The notes beneath the pieces were generated by a model. That model had not been told where the DNA came from and made no database searches. It worked only from the letters and a program-made list of their open reading frames with translations. A stretch of 64,000 nucleotides of DNA from Octopus sinensis (Eukaryota): assembly GCF_006345805.1 (NCBI RefSeq), contig NC_043000.1, positions 126,790,001-126,854,000 of the forward strand, read 5' to 3'. This document shows, one piece after another, positions 53,277 to 64,000 of the stretch (position 1 is the stretch's first letter; every line of letters begins with the position of its first letter). The translations under genes and the position numbers were made by a program.

Positions 53277-53325
53277 CTGAAGGTAGAAAGCGCTTTTATA
53301 TTTCTCAACAATCAACATTATTATT

Positions 53326-53443
53326 GATAATGGTTTTGGGAGTTAGGTGACAATGTTTATGGTAGTGATGCTTGTAATAGTCAGAGATAATGGTTTTGGG
53401 AGTTAGGTGACAATGTTCATGGTAGTGATGCTTGTAATAGTCA
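53326..53443. repeat. Two-copy tandem duplication with 60-bp period
   Basis: GATAATGGTTTTGGGAGTTAGG...GTAATAGTCA twice, one mismatch. Confidence 0.95.
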
Positions 53444-55000
53444 AAACAGTATCAACAACAGTGATAATAGTTTTGTATTACACAGGTCTACAGAGATTTC
53501 TCCTCCTCACTGCCTGTCTCTTTTAGAACCAGCAGAATGGGATGTAGAAGACAGCATTCTTGCTTTTCTAAACTGAAATATGAACAAGAGTAAATATATC
53601 CAGAAGTATAGAAAAGATTGAAGAAGTTCATACAGATGTTCCTGTTGTTGTTACTGTTAATTAACAAGTGGTTGAGGTAGGAGCTGTGGATCCTGTCTTC
53701 TGTATAGATGTTATTGTTGTTTACTCCCAGGTCAGCTCTGACTGAACAGACCTATGATGAAAGGCTTTCCAACTAAGGTTATCCATCCCATCTTATTTTC
53801 TAGGGCTTGATATTTTTGGTACTATAATATCTAAAATGTCCTTTTATCTTTGAAGCAAGTAAAGTGTGATTTTAGACAGAATTTGGGTGCTATGTCTAGT
53901 GTATCAAATAAATGTAGAGGTTTTGAGTGTTTTAGGGCTTAATGTTTCTAGGACTGTAATATCCAAAGTGTCCTTTCTTTGTCTTTTAAGATGGAAGGGA
54001 GCGATTTGATACAGAATTTTGGCTGCTATGCCTACTACTTTAAATAGCCATGTAGAGGCTCTGATTGTTTGACACAGAGTGAAAAGTTCTTAATATTTAT
54101 GTAAGACAATCTTAAACATTTGTTTAAGTGATTATAAATTTACTTATTTAAAAAAGAGTAAAAGAAATGCAAGACTATACAGTGTGGGTTTTAAAAATCT
54201 ACTACTAGCAGTAGTAAGGTGATGGTAGATTCTTTGGGACATAAACAACAGCTTTACTGATAAACTTAACTTATCCTTCAGGTGACCCATAAGTGAAAGT
54301 TATACACATACATAAATAGGAAACTGACAGTATGTGTGGGTGTACACTACTGAGTATGTGTGTGTGATTATAGTTGTAACTCTGAATATATGTATATGTG
54401 TTCAGATATGTACTTCAGTAAACAATAAAGAGAAACTAGAATTCAGGTGTGACTACACATACATGCATGCATACGTACACACATGTATACATACATATAC
54501 ACACATACATATATACATACATACACACATGCACACAGAAACACATACAAGCTAAAGTTTACTATACAGCAGGTTAGCCCCACCCAACCTTTGGTATATG
54601 CATGTGTTTCTCAGTGAACACATCAGTAACGCACACACACACACACATACAACCACACACACACACAGTGAGAAAGTGAGGATAGTGAGCCACGAAAGAT
54701 AGAAGGTTGCTTGGTTAGCTAAATAAAAAAAAGCAGCCAAATCTACCTCAAATCACACTTAACCATCTTTAAGAGAAGAATACATATTGCATCTTGACCA
54801 ACATTATCCTATGCATCCTATATTCTCCATCATTATTCTGAAATCAATATGAATGGTCATGGCTGGAATGCCTTGGATCATAGATCTACTCAATCAACAA
54901 TTAATCTTGAGTTGTGGGGCTAACCAGCTGCACTGACTAACATATTGACATCCACAATATTTTATTTTATACACAGATGTATGCATGCACACACACACGT

Positions 55001-55043
<43 letters not shown>

Positions 55044-56043
55044 TGCAAATATGAGTGCACACATACACACACAAACAAACACATCCACTATAATGCTTCC
55101 TTAAAAACACATAAATATAGCTTTATACTTTGGCTCATAGCCAAACATTTGTTGAAAGGCAGAGTGCACTCTGTTACCAATACTTTTTGTTTTATTCTGG
55201 CCCTGGATAGAAGAAATATAAAGGGATGATTCTGATTGAATTCGAACTCAGATTGTAAAGAGATACAACCAAATACTATAAGATACTCCATCACTCTCCT
55301 TCTACTGCCACTCATCTATCCCCTAAACACATGAGCATTATGCTTTTCAAGCAGATAAATGGTACACACACACACAATATACACACACACATATGTATTA
55401 CATACTCACACACATATATACACACACATGTACATTCACTCACATGCACATATTGTGCTCAGACTCTTACTCAAGATGTTTATACCTCTATTTATAAAAC
55501 ATTATCTCTCCTATTCTGATACTCTCTCTCTCTTCTCTCTCTCTCTCTCTCTTTCAATACACACCTCTGCACTAAGCATTATATTACATAAGCCAGAGGT
55601 AGAGCCTCTAAGTGGTTGTTCAAATTGCTAGAAATACCAGTGAAATTATCTTTAATCACCTCCTACCATCTTAGAAAAGGTAAAACGTTTTATATAATAT
55701 AGTCCTAAATATACTAAAAAGGTATGATGGTCATGGATAGAACTTATTTTTGATCTTAGGTTGGCTCATACAAGTGTTAAACAACAACTTTTCATTACAG
55801 GCAAAATCATACTACTATACCTAACATTACACATACACACACATGTACACACACACACATACATGCACACACATGTACACACACACATACGTATACATGC
55901 ACACACACACAAATACATAAGAATTGCGTATATGTGTATTATTTTTATGTAGGATGCACAGTAAATGTGAGTGAAATTATGTGTGTGTGTGTGGCAGAGA
56001 GTGAATGAGATAGAAAGAGAAACACACACACACACACACATAT

Positions 56044-56081
<38 letters not shown>

Positions 56082-56604
56082 AGGAAGAAAGTGAGAGATA
56101 GGATTTTTTTTTTCCAGAAATTCATGTTTTTGGGATGGTGTTGAGTTAAATTAGAAAGAAACTTCATTTATTTCTATAATAAAAATAACCTGACACAGAT
56201 ACACGAACAAACACACACACACATGCATCCATGCATGCAAATACACACATAAACACACATTCACATAGGTAGAAACATGCATGCATATAAACACATACAT
56301 ACATACACACGTACATACATACATACATGCACACGTACACAGAGACATATAATCACACAGCTGTGTGATCTAATTTCTTTTAATGAACCAAAAGTATGAC
56401 ATTCGAGAAATAATGTAATATAAAATAATAAAAGAAATAATATAATAATATAGAAGATCTCAAAACTAACAAGAGTAAAAACACGCATACATGCACACAC
56501 ACAGAGAAAGGCAGTGAACTGCAGAGAAAGAGAGAAGAGAAAATGAACAAGATAATTAGGTAGACACAGAGAAAGTATGAGAACTCTATACATGTATCAC
56601 ACTT

Positions 56605-56651
<47 letters not shown>

Positions 56652-57497
56652 GTATGCATGTATATATATGTATGTATGCATGTATATATATATATGTTTG
56701 TATGTATATGTGTGTATTTATATATGTAAGTATATGTATGTATGTATACATTTATTTGTGTGTACGAGTATGTGTGTGTGTGTGTGTACACATATAAGCA
56801 TGCTATCAAAGGCAATACATTTAGACATATCTATATAATCAAGCTATCTGTCTTTCTACATATATACATGTATATATCTGACTTGCTCACTGTGTGTGTA
56901 TGTATGTATATAATTACATACACACACACATGTATATGCATACACATTCATACACACACACACAAATAAAGAGGCAGACAGGTAGATAGATATATAGATA
57001 GGCATGCATGTGTGTCTGAATGTATATGTGTACTGTATTTGATGGCATATAAAGTACACAAGCTACCAAGACACACCTCAACAATTTTGGTAGACCATTC
57101 CTTAAAAAGTGAAAAACAAAAACACAACCTGTTTTTGTGTGACATTCAATGCCTACCCTTCCATCTCGTCATATTAAAGTTTGGTATATTGAGATAATTA
57201 TGAAATATTCTTATTTCCCATTTAAAAATACCTTAGCTCTTTCATTATTATATTTCTCACTAAAATACACCCACTGTGTGTTTCAATTAAATTCCAAAAT
57301 AATTGTCAATTTAGACGGCTGTCATAAAACAGCTGTAAGCTTTTCTTTATATATTGATGTATTATATAGTATTTCATATACTACACCACAAAAGGTTCCA
57401 CATAACTACCTATAATTGAAGGTAAGTAAAGGTAATATCTGACATATAGTGTTATATAAATTTTGTTTGAATATAACCTTGCAAAATGAGTTCTTAA

Positions 57498-57700
57498 CCC
57501 TTTCAATATGAACCCAGCTGAAATTGCCTCTGGTTCTGTAGTACAAATGTCTTGTTTTCATAAGTTTTGAATTAAAATCCTCCACCAAACCTTTGTCACA
57601 ATTTATGTTCCTAACACTAGCTTAATGATAACTAAATTATTTTACTAAATTCTTTGAAAGAAACACAGAGCATCTCAAAATAAATACAGTAATTAAAGGG
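57498..57700. mobile_element. piggyBac-type MITE, family 1
   Basis: TTAA|CCCTTT...AAAGGG|TTAA with intact TTAA TSD. Confidence 0.8.
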
Positions 57701-58159
57701 TTAACCAATATTATATTATGTAGTTATCATAATATATAGCTTAGCAAAATGATATTGGTAAACTGGTCTGTCACAAGATTACAGGCCCATTAAGCTGGAG
57801 TTTCTCCCAGTTAGTTACTCATGCCATAGGAATTAACCCCCAGCTGTTACTGGAACTCATTTTCACCTGAATGGGCTGGAGCAATGTAAAATGAACACAA
57901 TATACCACTCGGACTCAGATTTGAAATCACGGATTTATGATTGTGAGTTCAACACTCTAACCATTTGGCCATGTACTTTCACTTTAGTCTACTAAATACC
58001 TATTATTTATGGCAAAAATGACCTAATTTCATTCAGCTTGTTCCTTTTTATTCTCTTTGATTACATTTTGCAAATCAATTCATCTCCACTCTTATTATTT
58101 GGAACACTTGAATTGGAATAAATAAAAATTTTTACCCTAAAAAGACACACACACATCTA

Positions 58160-59160
58160 CATAGTTCAGCCTTTGCTGAGATGATGGTCTGGCATTCTCA
58201 AGCAATATAAACATCTCCACCATTGATAAATTCAGGAAAAAAACCTTATTGATATCTTCAAAGATTTGGACCTAAATATAGTTGTTACCATCAACTCAAT
58301 GAAAGTCAACTCAAGTCAGGCAAATACTACGCCATAGGAAACTTTAACTAAGAAACTGCTACATACTTAAGAAGTTCAAACACCACCCCAACTCTAACTA
58401 AACATTTAGTCATCAGTATCAACAGAAGAATCACTAATTTACTGGTAGACAGAAAAAACCCCTTCAACAGAACCACACCTCATTATAATGAAACACTAAC
58501 TAGGAGTGGCTTCAGTGAGAAGCTAGTGTATCTGTAGGACCCTTCACCTACACACCAACTCCTCCATACAATGTAGATGTCTCTATAAATATAGCTAGAA
58601 GCTTTGTGTCCCAGATAAGACAGTACTATCCAAACACCCATAAGTTCCACACATTTTTCTTAATAGCCATACTGTTAAAGTTAGTTACTAATGCCTAGAT
58701 AATGAGTCTAACATAGCATGTTACAACAGAGAAAAAAATATGTACCCCCCACCCCACACTTAATTCAATAACTGATCAAACCTCACAAAATGTCCACTGG
58801 AACTGGGGATCCTGCATCTCAAAAGCCATGATTTACCTTCATATGTAATGGTAGGATTTACCCTCATATCTAATGGTATTAACAGACAATGATTTCAACA
58901 TATGCCCTCCTTCAGGTGCATGGAATGAGAAAACTTTATTGACATGTTCTGGAGACCCAGGATCAAAGAAACAATTTCCTCAATATCAGACAAATAACAA
59001 AGCTTTTAGTCACATGGAGCTTGAAATGGCCAGTTTTGCCTCCGCGAAAAACTGCATATAATGCAACTGTCTGCTGTATCTATTGATAGGAAAGACCAAT
59101 CTATTTTATTGCTATCATCAATTTAAAACCTCATCATTAAACTTCAAGCAACTGGCTGCT
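58160..59160 (+). mobile_element. Decayed Penelope-like retroelement (RT C-terminus through GIY-YIG region)
   Basis: Frameshifted pieces DDGLAF...IDIFKDLDLNIVVTIN, TYLRSSNTTPTLTKHLVISINRRITNL, FNRTTPHYNETLTRSGF, HTVKVSY, KCPLE. These match Penelope-like RT/endonuclease motifs from memory. Confidence 0.75.
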
Positions 59161-59695
59161 AATACTCCTTAATCATTTTAACTCTAGTTGGACCACATGA
59201 TATTGCAGGGTAAACAACTCCAGCCTAAGCATAGTGAAATTATTCTCCTTCTGATGACCACCACTGCAGTCTACTACTGCTGACATACAGGACGTTGTTT
59301 ACACATTGATAAATAATGTAATTCCAATGCAATGGTTACCTCATCACATGGAACAGCAAGCACACATTCCTTCTCAACCCCAAATTGATAAGCTGTCAGT
59401 TTGTAGACCAACTGGAACAGCTAGGCTGTCCCAGCAACCACATGGAACAACAAACAAAATTTTCAGTTATTATATTATCAATTTAGTCATGTGACTGGTA
59501 GTGACCTATAGAGGCTCCCAAATATTCTCAATTACAATCCAATTTTATTTCACTTCATGCTGGTCCTTGATATCTGAAAGATTTAGGCAGCGATCTATGT
59601 TTATGAAATGTTATGTAATGTAGGGTTGAGTTAACCTTCTAATAAATAATTTTAACATGTGTTAAGTGCCATTTACTTTCCTTTGAACATTTACC

Positions 59696-59747
<52 letters not shown>

Positions 59748-59899
59748 TATATCTGGGTTTTCAAATTCTCTTCCATATTGCAACATACAGACACATTTTA
59801 CAACCCTGAATTTTTTAACTAGTTAAATATTTATTGAACATTTTATAGATAAATGGAAAATGTCAATTAAGTTGTGTTATATCTAAATATATATTTATA

Positions 59900-59921
59900 T
59901 GTTTATGTGTGTGTGTGTGTG

Positions 59922-59973
<52 letters not shown>

Positions 59974-59987
59974 ATATATATATAAAT

Positions 59988-60084
<97 letters not shown>

Positions 60085-60205
60085 AATATATATATATATA
60101 ACTATATATATAAACATGCAAATATAAATATATTTAAATATATAAATTTAAATATGTTTAAATATATATATATATATATTTGTATGCATACAGATATACA
60201 TGTTC

Positions 60206-60245
<40 letters not shown>
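59900..60245. repeat. Compound microsatellite (TG)n/(TA)n/(GA)n; one of dozens in the window, e.g. 3460-3660, 10120-10310, 14287-14355, 16920-17175, 25260-25490, 36040-36270, 48424-48510, 59700-59745
   Basis: Directly visible; these tracts produce the many YIYI/CVCV/THTH ORFs. Confidence 0.97.
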
Positions 60246-60247
<2 letters not shown>

Positions 60248-60631
60248 AGAAATAATATTTACACAAATTCATATTTTGGGGATGGTATCAAGTTAAAATT
60301 AGAAGCTTTTGTTTTTGTAACAAAAATAACCACAAATACAGACATAAACATACATACACATGCATGTACAGACATACAGATGCATGCCGACACAGATGAT
60401 ATGAACGCACATGTATATACACACAGAGACTGTATCATCTAACTTCTTTTAATGAACCGAAAGTATGACAATCAACAAACAATAACATAAAAGATCTCAA
60501 AAGCAACAAGATTAACAACACACCACAAACTAAGGTGGAGAAGGAAAGAGAGAAGAGAGAATGAACAAGATAATTAAGCAGAAACAGAGAAAGTGTAAGA
60601 ATGTTACACACACATACATATATGTATGAAG

Positions 60632-60662
<31 letters not shown>

Positions 60663-60871
60663 ACTAAGTATATATACACACACACACATATACACAAGCA
60701 TATATATTAATTGCTGAATGATAAGGGAACAGAAATGAAGTAATCAACTTCATTAAGTTACAGCAGTTTCTGCTATAAGAAGCAGTGTGCTCAGAGCTCA
60801 GTGCTTGTGCAACAGCCAAAAGCCTCTCTGGAGCCATAAAAATGAAGAGTATGTTTATTATTCTTTTATTT

Positions 60872-61255
60872 TTTTACTTGTTTCAGTCAGTTGATTGTGG
60901 CCATGCTGGAGCACTGGCTTTAGTCGAGCAAATTGACCCCAGGACTTATTCTTTGTAAGCCTAGTACCTATTCTATCAGTTCTTTTTGCCAAACCACTAA
61001 GTTACGTGGACATAAACACATCAACATCAGTTGCCAAGTGATGGTGGAGGGACAAACACAGACACACATACATACACACACACACATATATATGATGGGA
61101 TTCTTTCAGTTTCCATCTATTAAATCCACTCACAAGGCTTTGGTCGGCTTGAGGCTACAGGAGAAGACACTTGCCCAAGGTGCCATGCAGTGGGACTGAA
61201 CTCAGAACTATGTGGTTGGGAAGCAAGCTTTTTACCACACAGCCACTCCTGTGCC
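60872..61255 (-). mobile_element. tRNA-derived SINE, family A
   Basis: Full-length reverse copy. Confidence 0.87.
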
Positions 61256-61599
61256 AATTTCAGAAAGCATATATGTGTGAACCTTTCAGATGAGATGACA
61301 AAGTGCCACAATAGCTGATGCCTTACTGTACTCAAGAAGATCCTTACTAAAGCCCACTGGTAAAAAGGATGGGCCTGGAAGAGCCTTGTGCTGGTGCCAT
61401 GTAAAAGCACATGTATGGTGCCACATCAAAAGTACCCAGCACACTGTAAAGTGGTTGGCATTAGGAAGGTCATCCAGCTATAGAAACCAAGCCAAATCAG
61501 ACTAGAACTTGGTGCAACTCTTGGGCTTGCCAGGTCTGGTTAAACTGTCCAGTCCATTCAAGCATGAATAACAGATGCTACATGATGATGATGATGATG

Positions 61600-61633
<34 letters not shown>

Positions 61634-61912
61634 ATGTATATATAATCATTCTCACCATTGTTTTAACATCTACTTTTCCATGTTTGCTTAGGTCAGAGGA
61701 AATTCCTCAAGACCAATTTACTAAGATGTTCTTCCTGTCACCAACTTGACCTGTTTCTGAGCAAAGTAATATTTCCTCATGGTTGGCCATGTTTTCATGT
61801 GATTGCTTTGTATTGGATTTGGTAGACAGAAGCTGAAAGAAGCCTCTCATGTATGCATGTATATATATATACACAAGTTGAGGAAATTGAAATTGAAATC
61901 AAATTTGATGAC

Positions 61913-62348
61913 TGGCATCTGTGCTAGTGGAACGCTAAGAGCACCATCTGAGCGTGATCATTGCCAGAGCAGCTAACTGGCTTCCGTACCGGTGGCGCAT
62001 AAAAAGAACCATTCAAATGTGATCGTTACTAGTGTCGCCTTACTGGCACATGAAAAAACATTTGAGCGAGGTCGTTGCGAGTGCCGCTGGACTGGCTCCT
62101 GTGCAGGTGGCATGTAAATAACACCATTTGAGTGTGGCTGTGGTCAGTACCGCATGACTGGCCCTTGTGCCGGTGGCAAGTAAAAGCACCTGCTACACTC
62201 TTGAAGTGGTTGGCATTAGGAAGGGCTTCCAGCTGTAGAAACTCTGCCAGATCAAGACTGGAGCCTGGTGCAACCATCTGGTTCGCCAGTCCTCAGTCAA
62301 ATCGTCCAACCCATGCTAGCATGGAAAGCAGACGTTAAACGACGATGA

Positions 62349-62352
<4 letters not shown>
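61913..62352 (+). mobile_element. Family C repeat with an internal tandem array of diverged ~65-bp units
   Basis: Units of the form GTGCCGGTGGCA.GTAAAAGCACCATTTGAG..TG..CGTTGCCAGTGCCG..ACTGG precede the family C 3' end and (GAT)n tail. Confidence 0.75.
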
Positions 62353-62384
<32 letters not shown>

Positions 62385-62631
62385 AATTAATAATAAGGTG
62401 AACAGAGATTATTATTATTTCTTCTCTTCCAACAGCATGCAGTCTCTATAGAGACATGTGGATATACTGATGTGAAGATCTACTGAAGATAGTAAAATAA
62501 ACAAACTGAAGTTTTTCTACATTCATGGAGGTTAGCCAGCATTATTAACCAGTAAAAGCCAATACAGTACCTGCTAGGATTGTATATCCCTACCAACCTA
62601 ATTTGGAAATTTACCTCTCTCTCTCTCTGTG

Positions 62632-62673
<42 letters not shown>

Positions 62674-63169
62674 TGTGTGTACATGTATGAGAGCACGTGT
62701 GTTTGTGCTTGTCCCCCCAACATCGCTTCATAACCGATGCTGGTGTGTTTACGTCCCTGTAACTTAGTGGTTTAGCAAAAGAGACCAATAGAATAAGTAC
62801 TAGGCTTACAAAGAGTAAGTCCCGGTGTCGATTTACTCAACTAAAGGCGGTGCTCCAGCATAGCCACAATCACATGACTGAAACAAGTAAAAGAGATAAA
62901 AGAGATGTGTTTAAGGCAGTGAGATAACAGAATCATTAACATGCTTGGCAATAAGCTTAGTGGCATTCTGTCCGTCTTTACATTCTGAGTTCAAATTCCA
63001 CCAAGGTCAATGTAACTGACTAGCCTGCACCCTTGAAATCATTGGCTTTGTGCCAAAATTTGAAACCTTTATTATATCTGTGTTTGTTCTGATATTAAGA
63101 TGGAAAAAATTCAACCTTATTCATAAAAAGGTTTGCTCCTGGGTTTGCACACCCTAAGGAAATTTCGTT

Positions 63170-63370
63170 CCTGCACTTATGGAACTGCATGATGGAAGGA
63201 AGGAAACACAGACCAGCTCAGTATGCTGGTTGCTAGATTTGTTGCCACAGATGTATGTGGTCATGCAGTGTCGTAGTGATAGTGGACTGTTTTTAGATTC
63301 TTGCTTGATTTCTTTCTCCCATTGGATTCTCTAAGCTTTCAGAGTGCCTCAATGTAATGCTGATATTATA
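63170..63370 (-). mobile_element. Decayed mariner-type transposase fragment
   Basis: YQHYIEAL*KLRESNGRKKSSKNLKTVHYHYDTA*PHTSVATNLATSILSWSVFP resembles mariner Y...L.RLR...K...LHDNARPH...LGWEVLP. Both TGA stops could derive from CGA (Arg). Confidence 0.55.
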
Positions 63371-63577
63371 CTAATAAATACACCAGGTTTACTGAGCCAA
63401 TGATTAGCGATTAGAAGAATATCAAGCTATTAAATCATGTCAGCTTAATCTATAGAACATTGCCATGAGATGATGCAGTGAATAAATTAAAAGCACATTG
63501 ATCTCCTTAAGTTTTGACAATGAGGATTCAATCATTCAATCTGCTTGTTTATCTACTCATTGAATTAGTATGTAAAT

Positions 63578-63608
<31 letters not shown>

Positions 63609-64000
63609 GCCACCACTTCCACCATCGCCAGCACCACTAGCACTAGCACCACCACTGTCATCATCATCATTTTAATGTTTTCTCCTCCATGCTTGCAAGG
63701 AGTTTACTGCGGCATATTTTCTATAGCTGGATGCCCTTCCTGTCATCAACCCTCACCTGTACCCTAGCAAGGTATTATTTTCCCCCTGGCCAGACATGTG
63801 ACACTCATTTACAACTACCATGAAATGTAAAGACAAGGTCTCACACACACATACATACATATATACATACACACACATATATACGTCTGGCTTTTATCAG
63901 TTTTGGTTTACCAAGTCCATTCACAAGGCTTTGGCCAGCTCACAGAGAGAGAGAGAGAGATGTGTATCATATGTACATGCGTCTCTTAGTCTCTCCTTCT

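Noticed and set aside
53300-64000. Further upstream nesprin exons
   Set aside because: A manual scan found no spliceable spectrin-like segment ending in phase 0. This is probably one long intron, though a small exon could have been missed.

Overview
AT-rich, microsatellite-dense animal genomic DNA. The repeat families suggest an octopus; that is inferred from recalled repeat sequences, not from a search. The window holds the 3' part of a minus-strand nesprin-1 (SYNE1)-like gene. I rebuilt 16 exons by hand (53276 down to 3838, about 870 codons). All have GT-AG sites and an unbroken phase chain, and 11 of them align with recalled motifs from the C-terminal spectrin repeats of vertebrate nesprin-1. 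The 5' part of the gene lies beyond the right edge. No KASH domain (TM plus PPPX) was found, so it probably lies beyond the left edge. Introns contain tRNA-derived SINEs, TTAA-flanked and hAT-type MITEs, two Helitron-like elements, and decayed CR1, Penelope and mariner remnants. Four observations stand out. (1) A local triplication has created two paralogous 66-nt phase-1 exons in the linker where vertebrates carry the LEWD kinesin-binding motif, which I could not find here. (2) An intronic inverted repeat carries a minimal hammerhead-ribozyme core in each arm. (3) A candidate in-frame 96-nt cassette exon encodes a very hydrophobic segment. (4) Several long fold-back hairpins lie within about 5 kb. 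Nearly all ORFs in the supplied track are artefacts of microsatellites, SINEs or T-rich introns.
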